DNA of 64,000 nt from Acutalibacteraceae bacterium (lineage in GTDB: Bacteria; Bacillota; Clostridia; Oscillospirales; Acutalibacteraceae): contig JAZRNY010000043.1 in NCBI GenBank assembly GCA_045648445.1, positions 354 through 64,353 on the forward strand, in the 5' to 3' direction. The translations under genes and the position numbers were made by a program. Shown piece by piece: positions 1 through 10,919 of the stretch. The first letter of the stretch is position 1, and each line of letters starts with the position of its first letter. The notes beneath the pieces are model-generated. The model worked only from the letters and a program-made list of their open reading frames with translations, did not search any database and was not told the origin of the DNA.

Positions 1-562
1 GACAGGTAGCCATTTTACCGCTGCAAGGACCGGGACCTGTAACAACCACCAACTTACGTTCGGTTTCAATATAATCATTTTTACCAAAACCATCATCGCT
101 TACAATAAGCGGAATATTAGATGGATAGTCGGGGATGGGATAATGTCTATATACTTTTATACCTAAATTTTTAAGTCTTTTTTCGAAAGCCAAAGCCAAA
201 GGTTGTCCCATAAAAAAAGTAATTACAACACTGCCTACAAAAAGTCCTATATCGCGAAATGCATCAATAAGGCGCAAAGTATCAAGGTCATAAGTTATGC
301 CGAGATCACCTCTGCGTTTGTTTTTTTCTATAGCATCGGCGTTAATAGCGATAACTATTTCCGCATCATCTTTCAAATTTAAAAGCATTTTAACTTTTGA
401 ATCCGGTTCAAAACCGGGTAATACTCTGGATGCGTGAAAATCGTCAAATAGTTTACCGCCGAATTCCATATAAAGTTTATCACCGAACATTTTAATACGA
501 TCGCGAATATTCTGCGATTGTAACCTTATATATTCAGCATTGTCAAACCCCTTTTTAGCCAT
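1..562 (-). CDS. DUF1846 (UPF0371) family protein, N-terminal ~187 codons; the rest lies beyond the window start
   Basis: My own minus-strand translation from the ATG at 562 gives MAKKGFDNAEYIRLQSQNIRDRIKMFGDKLYMEFGGKLFDDFHASRVLPGFEPDSK..., the conserved N-terminus of UPF0371 proteins. It is absent from the ORF track because it runs off the window. Confidence 0.75.
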   Translation of the reverse strand, partial: MAKKGFDNAEYIRLQSQNIRDRIKMFGDKLYMEFGGKLFDDFHASRVLPGFEPDSKVKMLLNLKDDAEIVIAINADAIEKNKRRGDLGITYDLDTLRLIDAFRDIGLFVGSVVITFFMGQPLALAFEKRLKNLGIKVYRHYPIPDYPSNIPLIVSDDGFGKNDYIETERKLVVVTGPGPCSGKMATC

Positions 563-647
563 TGTTCCACCTAATTTCCTTGAAATTTAAACTAATGAAT
601 ATTATACCAAATCATACTTTTGGTTTCAAGTATAATTATGAAAATAA

Positions 648-1820
648 TTATATTTTAATTAACTTTTGATTGTACTCCGAATAAGAATCAAGCATTGGTT
701 CAAACGCCATTGCATATAGTCCTGTAGTGTATTCCTCAAGTTCAAATGTTTTTTTGGCAAAACCTTCGAGTTTTAGAGCATCTTTAGCGGTAATTACCAG
801 AGGTAAATTAGTTTTTTTGGCAATTTCTTTGATTAAATCTTCGCCTTTTGATGAGCATCCTAAAATATGAATATATGGCGGCTCTTTTTTTAAATATTCA
901 TTATTAATATTAAAGGCTGCGCACATAAGAATTCTTCTAATTCGTGCCATTGTATAACGCTTGGTTTTAATACTTTCGCATAGTTGTGAAAAACTGTGGC
1001 ATTTTTTAGCACTTTCAAAAATCCTGTTTTCAAGTCCTTCACTAATATCGGGTATATTTTTGAGTTCATCTTTAGTCATACTTCTTATCTTAAAAAGTAA
1101 CGCCTTATCCAATAATTTTAGATCTGAAAAAGCGCCAGAACAAATATCATTAAAAATATTTTTGGGAACATATTTTTCGATATTTTTTAAATCGGCAGAT
1201 TTAATTAGATCACGTATAGCACTGCCGCTCATAAATTCGTTTACGACTAAATCTGAATCATGATCGGCGCCGATTCTATTAACAGCAACGAAAGCAGGGG
1301 AAAAGCCAAGTTTTTTTGAAGCCAAAATATATTCAATAGCAAGGGTATTGTTCGGTTTTGACAAAATTTCAGAAAGAAAAGGGGAATGTTTTTCAACTGC
1401 TTTTTGACGTGCAGCAGCATAAGAAATTCCACTTTTCATACTTACCTTAACTATTTCGTTAAAATCTTCGCTTAAAATAATGTCAGTTGTATCGGTCAAA
1501 AGGTTAATATCGTTACATTCGCAGCCGAAAACTATTTTTTTCACAATACCCAAATTCTTAATTAGCGAAACACCGCCAAACGCAAAGTTTTCAGCATTTG
1601 ACATTGACCATCCAACAGGAAGATTTATTACTAAATCTGCGCCATTTTTAAGGGCAAATTCAGTTCTTTTTTGTTTTCGAAAAATAGAAATGTCGCCACG
1701 TTGTACAAAATTACCGCTCATAACGCAAATAACGGCATCACTTTCGGATTTAGCACAACCAAGCAGATGGGCGTGACCGTTATGAAACGGATTAAATTCG
1801 GCAATTACTGCGCTTATCAC
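648..1820 (-). CDS. tmcAL: tRNA(Met) cytidine acetate ligase (YlbM/UPF0348 nucleotidyltransferase)
   Basis: 390 aa. N-terminal AEFNPFHNGHAHL HxGH nucleotidyltransferase motif. Length and overall pattern fit the family. Confidence 0.8.
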   Translation of the reverse strand: MISAVIAEFNPFHNGHAHLLGCAKSESDAVICVMSGNFVQRGDISIFRKQKRTEFALKNGADLVINLPVGWSMSNAENFAFGGVSLIKNLGIVKKIVFGCECNDINLLTDTTDIILSEDFNEIVKVSMKSGISYAAARQKAVEKHSPFLSEILSKPNNTLAIEYILASKKLGFSPAFVAVNRIGADHDSDLVVNEFMSGSAIRDLIKSADLKNIEKYVPKNIFNDICSGAFSDLKLLDKALLFKIRSMTKDELKNIPDISEGLENRIFESAKKCHSFSQLCESIKTKRYTMARIRRILMCAAFNINNEYLKKEPPYIHILGCSSKGEDLIKEIAKKTNLPLVITAKDALKLEGFAKKTFELEEYTTGLYAMAFEPMLDSYSEYNQKLIKI

Positions 1821-1980
1821 TAATAATAACCCCCTTTTTTAAAAAATAACTTGAAAAAACAAACAAAATCAATTATTATATAATAGTTAAATTATGTTGT
1901 TGGTTTACGGTTTATTTTATCATATATTTATCCGTTTATCAACTCAAAAAAATCGCTATTAGCGGATAGGAGTTTTTTAA

Positions 1981-3174
1981 ATGAAAATTTTCGTAGTTAA
2001 CGCAGGCAGTTCTTCTCTTAAATATCAGTTAATTGATATGGAAACTGAGAGTGTTCTTGCAAAAGGTATATGTGAACGTATTGGCGTATCCGGTGCAATC
2101 ACACATAAAGCTGCTGACGGTAGAGAGTACAAGGCAGATACTGCTATGCCAACACATACAGAAGCATTTGAAGCAGTTGTATATGCTATGACTAAAAGTG
2201 AAGCAAAAGTTATTGATTCTTTTGATGAAATTTCTGCTATCGGTCACAGAATAGTACAAGGTGGTAGCATCTTCTCTAAATCTTGTCTTATCAATCCTAC
2301 TGTGCTTGATCAAATCGATGAATTGGGCGCACTCGCACCATTACACAATCCCGCTCACGTTCTTGCCATTAAGGCTTGTATCAAAACATTCGGTGAAAAA
2401 ATCCCTCAGGTAGCAGTATTTGATACATCATTCCATCAAACAATGGAACCTATGGTTTATATGTTTGCGCTTCCTTATGAATATTATGAAAAGTACGGCG
2501 TAAGAAAATACGGTGCGCACGGTACTTCTCATCACTTTGTAAGTGATAGAGTTGCTGTTCTTGAAGGTAAGGATAAGAAAGATCTTAAAATTATTGTTTG
2601 CCATATCGGTAACGGTGCTTCTATTACTGCAGTTAAAGATGGCGTTTGTTGTGACACCTCAATGGGCTTCACTCCCCTTGACGGTTTTATGATGGGAACC
2701 CGTACAGGTACACTCGATCCTTCCGCTTTAACCTTTATTGCGGAAAAAGAAAATCTTACTGCAGCACAAATTAACGACATTTGTAACAAAAAGTCCGGTA
2801 TGCTTGGTGTTTCCGGAATTTCTAACGATAACCGTGATGTTTGCGCCGCTGCAGATGCAGGTAATGAACGCGCAAAACTCGCAGTAGACATGCAAAGATA
2901 CCAAATTCTTAAATTTGTTGGTTCTTATGTTGCTGCTATGAATGGTGTTGATGCAATTGCATTTACTGCAGGTATCGGCGAAAACGATCCCGATCTTCGC
3001 CAGTATGTATGCGACAACCTCGGTTACTTAGGTGTTAAGATTGATGACGAAAAGAACCATGTGCGCGGTCAAGAAATCAAAATTTCTACTGAAGACAGCA
3101 AGGTAGACGTTTTTGTAATCCCTACAAACGAAGAACTTGCTATTGCACGTGATACCTTAGCGCTCATATCTTAA
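1981..3174 (+). CDS. ackA: acetate kinase
   Basis: 397 aa. Starts MKIFVVNAGSSSLKYQL, with GHRIVQGG, FDTSFHQTM and IPTNEELAIA motifs. Confidence 0.95.
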   Translation: MKIFVVNAGSSSLKYQLIDMETESVLAKGICERIGVSGAITHKAADGREYKADTAMPTHTEAFEAVVYAMTKSEAKVIDSFDEISAIGHRIVQGGSIFSKSCLINPTVLDQIDELGALAPLHNPAHVLAIKACIKTFGEKIPQVAVFDTSFHQTMEPMVYMFALPYEYYEKYGVRKYGAHGTSHHFVSDRVAVLEGKDKKDLKIIVCHIGNGASITAVKDGVCCDTSMGFTPLDGFMMGTRTGTLDPSALTFIAEKENLTAAQINDICNKKSGMLGVSGISNDNRDVCAAADAGNERAKLAVDMQRYQILKFVGSYVAAMNGVDAIAFTAGIGENDPDLRQYVCDNLGYLGVKIDDEKNHVRGQEIKISTEDSKVDVFVIPTNEELAIARDTLALIS

Positions 3175-3182
3175 TTGAAAGG

Positions 3183-4472
3183 TTGATTAATTTGAAAATT
3201 GCAGACGTTAAAAAAGCAATTGTAGAAGGCGAATACGATAAAACCTTTGCTTATATTTATCCTGACTGTATAAAAAACGTTCGTCAGCGTTACTTAAAGG
3301 CTTGCGATAACTTTTTAAACCTATTCGGTGAACGCGAAAATATCCGTATTTTTTCTGCTCCCGGAAGAACCGAAGTTGGCGGTAACCATACCGATCATCA
3401 GCACGGAAGAGTATTAGCTGGTAGCGTAAATCTTGATGTTATTGCCATTGTTAGCGAAAATAACAGCAATATTATCAGAATTGAGTCAGAAGGTTATAAA
3501 GTTGATCCCGTTGATCTTAATGATCTTGACGCTAAAGAAAGCGAATATGGTAAAACAAGTGCTTTAATTAGAGGATGTGCCGCTACCTTTGAAAAAGAAG
3601 GATATAAAATCGGTGGATTTGATGCATTCACAACTTCCGACGTTTTAGGCGGTTCGGGACTTTCTTCATCTGCTGCTTATGAAGTAATGCTTTGTAACGT
3701 ATTAAGCGGTTTATTTAACGATTCAAAAGTCAGCAGAGTTGATATTGCAAAATTCTCTCAGCGCGCTGAACGCGAATTCTTTGGAAAGCCTTGCGGACTT
3801 CTTGACCAAATGGCAAGTTCTCAGGGTGGTTTTACAGCAATAGATTTTAACGATCCTGCTTCTCCTATCATTGAAAAAATCGATTTCGATATTGCCTCTC
3901 ACGGTTATACACTTTGCGTAATTGATACTCACGGTGACCACGCCGACCTTACGGGTGATTATGCAGACATTACCGTTGAATGTAGAGAAATCAGCCGTTT
4001 CTTTGGAAAAGATTTCTTAAGAGACGTTGACGTAAATGAGTTTTATGCTTCAATTGCTGATTTAAGAGCAAAATTCGGTGACAGAGCTGTTCTCAGAGCA
4101 ATTCACTTCTTCGCTGATGATAATAGAGCGGAAGAACAGAAAAAGGCTTTGAAACAAGATAATTTTGAACATTTTCTTGACCTTGTTAACGAATCGGGAG
4201 ATTCTTCCTATAAGTATTTACAAAACGTCTATTCCACTTCTAACGTAAAGGCGCAGGGACTTTCTCTTGCTCTTGCAATTACCGAACGCTTTTTAAACGG
4301 TGACGGCGCTTGTCGTGTTCACGGCGGTGGTTTTGCAGGAACAATTCAGTGTTATATACCAACTGATAGAATTGAAGAATACAGCAAAACAATTAATGCT
4401 GTATTTGGAGAAGGAAGCTGTTGCATATTGAATATCCGTCCTATAGGCGGTTGCGAAATTAAAGTTGATTAA
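3183..4472 (+). CDS. galactokinase-family GHMP sugar kinase
   Basis: 429 aa with a TTG start. Has the GRTEVGGNHTDHQ signature and GGSGLSSSAA GHMP ATP-binding motif. The substrate cannot be read from the sequence. Confidence 0.7.
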   Translation: MINLKIADVKKAIVEGEYDKTFAYIYPDCIKNVRQRYLKACDNFLNLFGERENIRIFSAPGRTEVGGNHTDHQHGRVLAGSVNLDVIAIVSENNSNIIRIESEGYKVDPVDLNDLDAKESEYGKTSALIRGCAATFEKEGYKIGGFDAFTTSDVLGGSGLSSSAAYEVMLCNVLSGLFNDSKVSRVDIAKFSQRAEREFFGKPCGLLDQMASSQGGFTAIDFNDPASPIIEKIDFDIASHGYTLCVIDTHGDHADLTGDYADITVECREISRFFGKDFLRDVDVNEFYASIADLRAKFGDRAVLRAIHFFADDNRAEEQKKALKQDNFEHFLDLVNESGDSSYKYLQNVYSTSNVKAQGLSLALAITERFLNGDGACRVHGGGFAGTIQCYIPTDRIEEYSKTINAVFGEGSCCILNIRPIGGCEIKVD

Positions 4473-4479
4473 ATGTAAA

Positions 4480-4510
4480 AAAATAAAGCCTCTTAACGAG
4501 GCTTTATTTT
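4480..4510. terminator. bidirectional intrinsic terminator between convergent genes
   Basis: aaataaagcctc-ttaac-gaggctttattt hairpin flanked by A and T runs. Confidence 0.8.
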
Positions 4511-4511
4511 T

Positions 4512-5618
4512 TTAGTGCAATTTAACATCAATCCATAAATCTTCATAGTAAAAACGAATGTCTTTGTTTAAATCGTGATAGTATTCAGTTTTTGGCATTT
4601 TTTCTTCTGGTGGATATAAAATTTCATTTCCATAATAATAGTATTCAGGATTGTTAAACACTGTTTTATTAGGCGAAGCATACCCAATATATTCAGCGTT
4701 AGCAAGCGCAATATCGGGTTCCAGCAAGAAATTAATATAAAGCATAGCCGCCTCGATATTTTGACAACAAGAGGGAATGCAAGCAGCATCTACAAAAATA
4801 TTAGTACCTTCCTTAGGATAAAAGAAAGCCAAATCTTCATTAACTTCATACATAGTTAAATAATCGCCTGCGTAATACGGAGCAATAGCGGCTTCGCCGG
4901 TTTCCATTTTACCATAAACTTCATCCATTACGTAAGATTGTAGATATTGTTTTTGATCTTTTAAAAGTTGTACTGCTTTATCCCAATCGGCGATATTGTC
5001 GCTGTTTACGCTCATACCACCATAAAATTGTGCGGTCATAAATGCGTCGCGAGGATTACTGAACATCAAAGTTTGATTTTTGTATTTCTCATCCCAAAAA
5101 ACGCTCCAACTTTCCTCAACATCTTGCACCATAGAGGTGTTATATATAACACCAACCATACCTACGTTATATGGAACAGTATATTTGTTTTCAGGATCAA
5201 AATACAAATTTTTGTACTTATCGTCAATATTTTCGTAATTAGTAATTTTTGAATAATCAATCGGGAGCAACATTTCTTCTTTAATCATACGATCAATCAT
5301 ATAATCCGAAGGAATAATTATATCATAAGAAACACCCGCTGTACGCAGTTGAGAATACATAGTCTCGTTACTTTCGAAGGTCGAATAGTTAACCTTTATA
5401 CCCGTAATTCTTTCAAATTCTTTATTAACGTCAATACTTTCATCAGAACCATCAGAAATGTATTCACCCCAATTATACACGTTTAAAACTGTACCTTGAA
5501 GGTTATTAGTGTAATCCGCATTAAGATTTAACTCAAAATACTCATATCCGCAACCTGAAAAAGAAAATAATGATAAGCAAATAACAAAAATAAGAATTAA
5601 ATTAAAAACTTTTTTCAT
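4512..5618 (-). CDS. potD: spermidine/putrescine ABC transporter substrate-binding lipoprotein
   Basis: 368 aa. Signal peptide with lipobox FSGC. Lies in an operon with potABC-like genes. Confidence 0.85.
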   Translation of the reverse strand: MKKVFNLILIFVICLSLFSFSGCGYEYFELNLNADYTNNLQGTVLNVYNWGEYISDGSDESIDVNKEFERITGIKVNYSTFESNETMYSQLRTAGVSYDIIIPSDYMIDRMIKEEMLLPIDYSKITNYENIDDKYKNLYFDPENKYTVPYNVGMVGVIYNTSMVQDVEESWSVFWDEKYKNQTLMFSNPRDAFMTAQFYGGMSVNSDNIADWDKAVQLLKDQKQYLQSYVMDEVYGKMETGEAAIAPYYAGDYLTMYEVNEDLAFFYPKEGTNIFVDAACIPSCCQNIEAAMLYINFLLEPDIALANAEYIGYASPNKTVFNNPEYYYYGNEILYPPEEKMPKTEYYHDLNKDIRFYYEDLWIDVKLH

Positions 5619-6418
5619 TATATTACACCTCGTTTCTTCTCAGAACGTGTAAGTGTAATGTTATAAAGAAGCATTAATGCAAACACGGTTATAAAAATAA
5701 TTGTAGAAAGGGCATAGGTATCAGGAGTTACCGTACGCTTAGTCATATTATAAATAACAATAGGTAACGTTTGATAATGACCGCATGTAAAATAACTAAT
5801 TACAAAATCGTCCAATGAAAGGGTAAATGCCATTATAAATCCTGTAAATATACCGCTTGAAATCGAAGGAAGAACAACCTTAAAGAACGCTTTTAAAGGG
5901 GTGCATCCCAAATCCATTGCAGCATGTTCAAGCGCAGGGTCTGTCTGACGCAACTTAGGCAAAACCGAAAGTATAACATATGGCAAATTAAATGTAATAT
6001 GTGCTATCAAAACAGTAAAAAATCCCAAAGATTCCGTAAGACCAAAAAGTCTACCGAAAAATATAAATAAAAGCATTAACGAAACACCTGTTACAATATC
6101 GGCATTCATCATAGGGATATTAGTAATGGACATAATAGCTGACTTTGCAAGTTTGCTTTTCAATGTTGTTATACCTACCGTCGCAGCAGTGCCTAAAACT
6201 GTAGAAATAGTCGCCGATAGCACAGCAATTATAAGGGTATGTTTTAGAGCATCGAGCATTTCACTGTTGAAAACCAGTTCAGCATACCAACCAAGCGAAA
6301 AGCCTTCAAATACCCATACACTAGAACCACTATTAAACGAAAAAACTATCATAACGGCAATAGGCGCATACAAAAAAAGGATTATAAGTGCCATATATAT
6401 TTTCGAAAGTATCTTCAT
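5618..6418 (-). CDS. potC: spermidine/putrescine ABC transporter permease
   Basis: 266 aa multi-pass membrane protein with an EAA-like loop (ALEHAAMDLGCTPLKAFFKVVLP). Overlaps its neighbours. Confidence 0.85.
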   Translation of the reverse strand: MKILSKIYMALIILFLYAPIAVMIVFSFNSGSSVWVFEGFSLGWYAELVFNSEMLDALKHTLIIAVLSATISTVLGTAATVGITTLKSKLAKSAIMSITNIPMMNADIVTGVSLMLLFIFFGRLFGLTESLGFFTVLIAHITFNLPYVILSVLPKLRQTDPALEHAAMDLGCTPLKAFFKVVLPSISSGIFTGFIMAFTLSLDDFVISYFTCGHYQTLPIVIYNMTKRTVTPDTYALSTIIFITVFALMLLYNITLTRSEKKRGVI

Positions 6419-7242
6419 ATAAGTACACCACCGTCTTCGCCGTCGGAAACTCTGTTCATAATAAACAAAGAAACCAAAATAATCATCATAAGAACAAGAG
6501 AGATCGAAGAAGCAACGTTGTAATAATCAGGACCTAAATTAAACAAATATTCTATTACGTCACCAATTAACATAGTTTTGTTGCCACCAAGTTTTTGGGA
6601 GATATAAAATGTGCTTACACTAGGTACGAATACCATAGTTATTCCCGAAACAACGCCCGGAAGACTTAAAGGGAAAATAACCTTTCTAATTACATTTAAA
6701 CGGTTTGAACCTAAATCTTCAGCAGCACCAATCAGCGAATTGTCTATTTTTGACATTACGTTAAAAATCGGTAAAATCATATATGGTAAAAAGTCGTAAA
6801 CCATACCTAAAATAACGGTACCGGGTCTGTTAATAAGATGTAACGGACCTATACCAAACTTTTGTAAAAATGTATTAATAATACCGGTATTAGACAAAAT
6901 TGTTATCCACGAATAAGTACGAATCAAAAAGTTAGTCCACATCGGCAACATTGTAAGAATCATCATAAAACGTTGAGTAGATGGCTTACACTTAGTCATA
7001 AAATAGGCGAGGGGATAAGCAATAATTAGGGTTATAATAGTGGAGATAAATGCGTAAAGCAAAGAGATAAAGAAAGCGTTTTTGTATCTTCCAAGGTTAG
7101 CGAAATTAGCAAAAGAAAATACGCCGTTAGCGTCGGTAAGCGCATAATAACCCATTATAAACAAAGGTACTATTATAAACAACGCAGACCATACTACGTA
7201 TGGTGCGCGCAAAAAAAGTTGCCCTAAAGATGATTTTTTCAC
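6415..7242 (-). CDS. potB: spermidine/putrescine ABC transporter permease
   Basis: 275 aa with EAA motif ([19 protein letters not shown]). Translationally coupled to its neighbours. Confidence 0.85.
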   Translation of the reverse strand: MKKSSLGQLFLRAPYVVWSALFIIVPLFIMGYYALTDANGVFSFANFANLGRYKNAFFISLLYAFISTIITLIIAYPLAYFMTKCKPSTQRFMMILTMLPMWTNFLIRTYSWITILSNTGIINTFLQKFGIGPLHLINRPGTVILGMVYDFLPYMILPIFNVMSKIDNSLIGAAEDLGSNRLNVIRKVIFPLSLPGVVSGITMVFVPSVSTFYISQKLGGNKTMLIGDVIEYLFNLGPDYYNVASSISLVLMMIILVSLFIMNRVSDGEDGGVLI

Positions 7243-8363
7243 TCTTCATCCTCCTCTAAATCAGAAAGATGGTCGATTTCATCACTATACGAACTATAAT
7301 CGCCGTATTTACCGGAATATTCGGATTTTTTCATAATATGAATAGCATCAGGCTCAATATAAAGTCCTACTCGTTCATTTTCCTTATGTTCATCAGTGGT
7401 TTGTATCATCCATTTAAAGCCACCGATATCTACAATTATTTCGTAATGAACGCCTAAAAATGTCACCGAAGTAACCGTACCGGTAAGCATACCTTTTTCG
7501 ATCGGAACAATATCAACGTCTTCAGGTCGAACGACAACGTCAACTTTTTCGTTTTCTTCGAAGCCTGCATCAAGGCAGGGGAATATCTGACCCGAAAATT
7601 CAGCCAAATAATCTTTTTTCATAACACCGTCAAGTATATTTGATTCACCTATAAAGTCGGCTACAAACGCATTATTAGGTTCATTATAAATATCTTTCGG
7701 AGTGCCTATTTGTTGGATTTTACCATTATCCATTACAACAACACGATCAGACATAGAGAGCGCTTCTTCTTGGTCGTGAGTTACGAAAACAAAAGTAATC
7801 CCCAGTTGCTGCTGAATTTTTTTAAGTTCGTTTTGCATATCCTTACGAAGTTTAAGGTCAAGAGCAGCAAGAGGTTCATCTAATAACAAAACTCTGGGGT
7901 TATTGGCAATAGCACGTGCAATAGCAACACGTTGTTGCTGACCGCCCGAAAGATTATGAATTTTTCTTTTTTCCATACCGCTCAAATTTACAAGTTTAAG
8001 CATTTCTTCAACTTTTTCTTTGATTTCTTTTTCGGGTAATTTTTTTATCCTTAAACCAAAAGCAACATTTTCAAAAACGTTTAAATGTGGAAAAAGTGCA
8101 TAACGCTGAAAAATAGTGTTAACTTGACGTTTGTACGCAGGAACTTCATTAATTTTATCGCCGGCAAAAATAATGTCACCCTCATCAGGGGTCAAAAAAC
8201 CGGCAATTATACGCAATGTAGTGGTTTTTCCGCAACCGGAAGGACCCAAAAGCGTAATAAATTCCTTATCGCGAATGCTTAAATTAATAGCATCGAGCAC
8301 CTTGTCGTTCTCAAATGACATCGTTATATTTTTTAGTTCAATAATATTTTCCATTTTTGCCAT
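7239..8363 (-). CDS. potA: spermidine/putrescine ABC transporter ATP-binding protein
   Basis: 374 aa. Walker [10 protein letters not shown], signature [14 protein letters not shown], Walker B LLLDEP, and a C-terminal TOBE-like domain. Confidence 0.9.
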   Translation of the reverse strand: MAKMENIIELKNITMSFENDKVLDAINLSIRDKEFITLLGPSGCGKTTTLRIIAGFLTPDEGDIIFAGDKINEVPAYKRQVNTIFQRYALFPHLNVFENVAFGLRIKKLPEKEIKEKVEEMLKLVNLSGMEKRKIHNLSGGQQQRVAIARAIANNPRVLLLDEPLAALDLKLRKDMQNELKKIQQQLGITFVFVTHDQEEALSMSDRVVVMDNGKIQQIGTPKDIYNEPNNAFVADFIGESNILDGVMKKDYLAEFSGQIFPCLDAGFEENEKVDVVVRPEDVDIVPIEKGMLTGTVTSVTFLGVHYEIIVDIGGFKWMIQTTDEHKENERVGLYIEPDAIHIMKKSEYSGKYGDYSSYSDEIDHLSDLEEDEE

Positions 8364-8475
8364 CCTCTCTTGAGGTTACTAAAATACACTAAAAAAATAC
8401 CGCCGATTTCGAAGCAAAATCAATGCAGAAATAACGGTAAAAGCCTTAATATGAATAGAATATTCATTTTAAATA

Positions 8476-8504
8476 AATATATGTCAAAAACTCTTTAATG
8501 TCAA
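8476..8504 (-). promoter_or_regulatory. sigma-A-type promoter for the pot operon (TTGACA-17-TATATT)
   Basis: Minus-strand hexamers read directly. They are embedded in a 10-bp perfect inverted repeat, atgtcaaaaa/tttttgacat (8481-8519). Confidence 0.5.
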
Positions 8505-8663
8505 GTGTTTTTTTGACATTTTTCGCCACTATACTATGTAGAAATCTATGGAAAAATTATATACTCCTTATTTCTTCTGTTTTCTTTCATTTTCTTCGTT
8601 TTACTCGCTTTTTGCATTTAAATATTTACCCAAAAAAATAGGAAAAAAATTTACCGATAAGTA

Positions 8664-8692
8664 TTGCTCATTTATATATGTTGTGATATAAT
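8664..8692 (+). promoter_or_regulatory. sigma-A-type promoter for ruvCAB (TTGCTC-17-TATAAT)
   Basis: Hexamers with 17-nt spacing, about 30 nt upstream of ruvC. Confidence 0.55.
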
Positions 8693-8725
8693 ATATTAAA
8701 TATGTAAAAGGGGAGTGTGTGGCTT

Positions 8726-9229
8726 TTGATAATTTTGGGTATTGACCCCGGTTACGCTTTGATAGGCTACGGTGTTATTTCTTATGACGCCGGACATTTT
8801 AAAACCATCAACTTTGGCGCCGTAACCACTTCTCCAAGTCTTTCATTTCCTCAACGGCTTGAAGTCATCTATAGAGATATCAACCAGTTAATCAATGAGT
8901 TTAATCCCGATGCTTTGTCTATAGAAAAATTATTTTTCAATACTAATACAACCACCGCAATTGATGTGGCGCAGGCAAGGGGAACTATATTGTTAGCCGC
9001 GCAAATGAATAAAGTTCCTATATATGAATACACACCGCTTCAAGTAAAGTCAGCGGTTGTAGGCTTCGGTCGTGCCGAAAAAAATCAAGTTATGGAAATG
9101 ACCAGATCATTACTCGGTTTATCCAAAGTTCCTAAACCCGACGATACTGCTGATGCACTTGCATTAGCAATTTGCCATGCAAACTCAGGAACCGGTAAAT
9201 TTACTCAAATTATGAAAGGGGAAAAATAA
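8726..9229 (+). CDS. ruvC: crossover junction endodeoxyribonuclease RuvC
   Basis: ILGIDPGYALIGYGVI N-terminus. I prefer the TTG start at 8726 (GGGAG RBS 10 nt upstream) over the track start at 8717. Confidence 0.9.
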   Translation: MIILGIDPGYALIGYGVISYDAGHFKTINFGAVTTSPSLSFPQRLEVIYRDINQLINEFNPDALSIEKLFFNTNTTTAIDVAQARGTILLAAQMNKVPIYEYTPLQVKSAVVGFGRAEKNQVMEMTRSLLGLSKVPKPDDTADALALAICHANSGTGKFTQIMKGEK

Positions 9230-9832
9230 GTGATTTCTTCTCTTAAAGGACAACTCATCTACCTAGAACCAACCTTTTGCATTATCGAATGTTCAGGCGT
9301 TGGTTTTAGATGTTTTATTTCATCAAAAACATTGGGCGCTTTGCCGAAAATCGGTGAAGAAGTACAATTATTCACTTTTATGTCTGTTAAAGAAGACGCT
9401 ATTGATTTATACGGTTTTACCGATATGAATGATTTGTCTTGTTTTAAACTTATAACCTCAGTCAGTGGCGTAGGTCCTAAAATCGGAATCGCTTTACTTT
9501 CTACATTTAACGCTGACCAAATATCAACATTTATAGCAAGTAACGATCCCAAATCATTAACCTCTGCTTCGGGAGTGGGTTTAAAACTCGCTCAACGCAT
9601 TATCTTAGAACTAAAGGATAAGGTTGCTTCAATTCCGGGTGCAAATATTGAAACAGTTTCCGCAATTAAAACCGTTTCTTCCAATTCTAATTCTCAAGAA
9701 GCCGTTTCTGCCTTAGTTGCTCTCGGATATTCTCAAAGCGAAGCATCACTTGCTGTTGGTAAATGTCCGCAAGACCTACCGGTTGAACAGTTGATTAAAG
9801 AGGCTCTTAAACTTCTTGTTAGGATGGTGTAA
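9230..9832 (+). CDS. ruvA: Holliday junction branch migration complex subunit RuvA
   Basis: 200 aa with a GTG start. Has the GFxxxxELxxFxxLxSVSGVGPKxAxxxL pattern. Confidence 0.9.
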   Translation: MISSLKGQLIYLEPTFCIIECSGVGFRCFISSKTLGALPKIGEEVQLFTFMSVKEDAIDLYGFTDMNDLSCFKLITSVSGVGPKIGIALLSTFNADQISTFIASNDPKSLTSASGVGLKLAQRIILELKDKVASIPGANIETVSAIKTVSSNSNSQEAVSALVALGYSQSEASLAVGKCPQDLPVEQLIKEALKLLVRMV

Positions 9833-9835
9833 TTT

Positions 9836-10903
9836 ATGATTGAAACTACCGATTTTAACATTGATGATTTTGAAGGACGAATAGTTTCGCCCGAATACAG
9901 TAATATCGATGTCGATAACGAAATAACTTTACGCCCAAAGTCTCTTGATGAATACGTAGGACAAGAAAAAGCGAAAGATAATTTAAGAATTTATATTAAA
10001 GCGGCCCTTGCACGTAAAGAATCACTTGACCACGTATTACTATACGGACCTCCGGGACTCGGAAAAACAACACTATCAACCATTATTGCAAAAGAAATGG
10101 GTGTTAACTTACGTATAACATCAGGTCCTGCTATTGAAAAACAAGGCGATTTAGTTGCATTACTTACAAATCTAAACGAAGGCGATGTTTTGTTTATTGA
10201 TGAAATTCATAGACTTTCACGCAACGTAGAAGAAATTTTATATCCTGCTATGGAAGATTTTTCTGTAGATATAATTATCGGAAAAGGTCCTTCAGCGCGT
10301 TCTATACGACTAGACGTTCCACATTTTACTTTAGTAGGTGCAACTACAAGAAGTGGACAGTTAACTGCTCCGTTAAGAGATCGTTTCGGTGTACTGTTAA
10401 GACTTGAATTGTACACTCCTGACGAACTTGCAAGAATTGTCACTCGTTCTGCTACAATTCTTGGTATAGATATCGATTACGAAGGCGCATTAGAAATAGC
10501 CTCTCGTTCACGAGGAACCCCAAGAATTGCCAACAGACTTCTTAAGCGTGTAAGAGATATTGCTCAAATCGAGTTTGATGGAGCAATCACCGTAGACGTC
10601 GCGCGTTCTGCGCTATCAAGATTCGAAATAGACGAACTCGGCCTTGATGATTTTGACCGCAGAATGTTAACTACTATTATTCAAAATTATAACGGAGGTC
10701 CTGTTGGACTCGATACATTATCCGCTGCCGTAGGTGAAGAGGCTATTACCATTGAAGACGTTTACGAGCCATATCTTATGCAAATAGGTTTTTTGACCAG
10801 AACCGCAAGAGGAAGATGTGTTACTAAGCTTGCTTATGATCACTTAGAAATCCCTTGCAACGTAAATAACAGTACTTCTGCACAACAACCACTAACTATT
10901 TAA
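9836..10903 (+). CDS. ruvB: Holliday junction DNA helicase RuvB
   Basis: 355 aa. [14 protein letters not shown], Walker [10 protein letters not shown], and FIDEIHRL. Confidence 0.95.
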   Translation: MIETTDFNIDDFEGRIVSPEYSNIDVDNEITLRPKSLDEYVGQEKAKDNLRIYIKAALARKESLDHVLLYGPPGLGKTTLSTIIAKEMGVNLRITSGPAIEKQGDLVALLTNLNEGDVLFIDEIHRLSRNVEEILYPAMEDFSVDIIIGKGPSARSIRLDVPHFTLVGATTRSGQLTAPLRDRFGVLLRLELYTPDELARIVTRSATILGIDIDYEGALEIASRSRGTPRIANRLLKRVRDIAQIEFDGAITVDVARSALSRFEIDELGLDDFDRRMLTTIIQNYNGGPVGLDTLSAAVGEEAITIEDVYEPYLMQIGFLTRTARGRCVTKLAYDHLEIPCNVNNSTSAQQPLTI

Positions 10904-10919
10904 TTGAAAAGAGATATTA

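Noticed and set aside
961-1776. Antisense and overlapping track ORFs inside long genes (for example 961..1263, 1480..1776, 2532..2891, 11153..11629, 12204..12584, 30654..31220, 35110..35583, 40249..40635 and 20841..21251)
   Set aside because: They lie opposite or out of frame within genes that have clear family signatures. They lack an RBS and show the skewed composition typical of shadow frames in AT-rich DNA.
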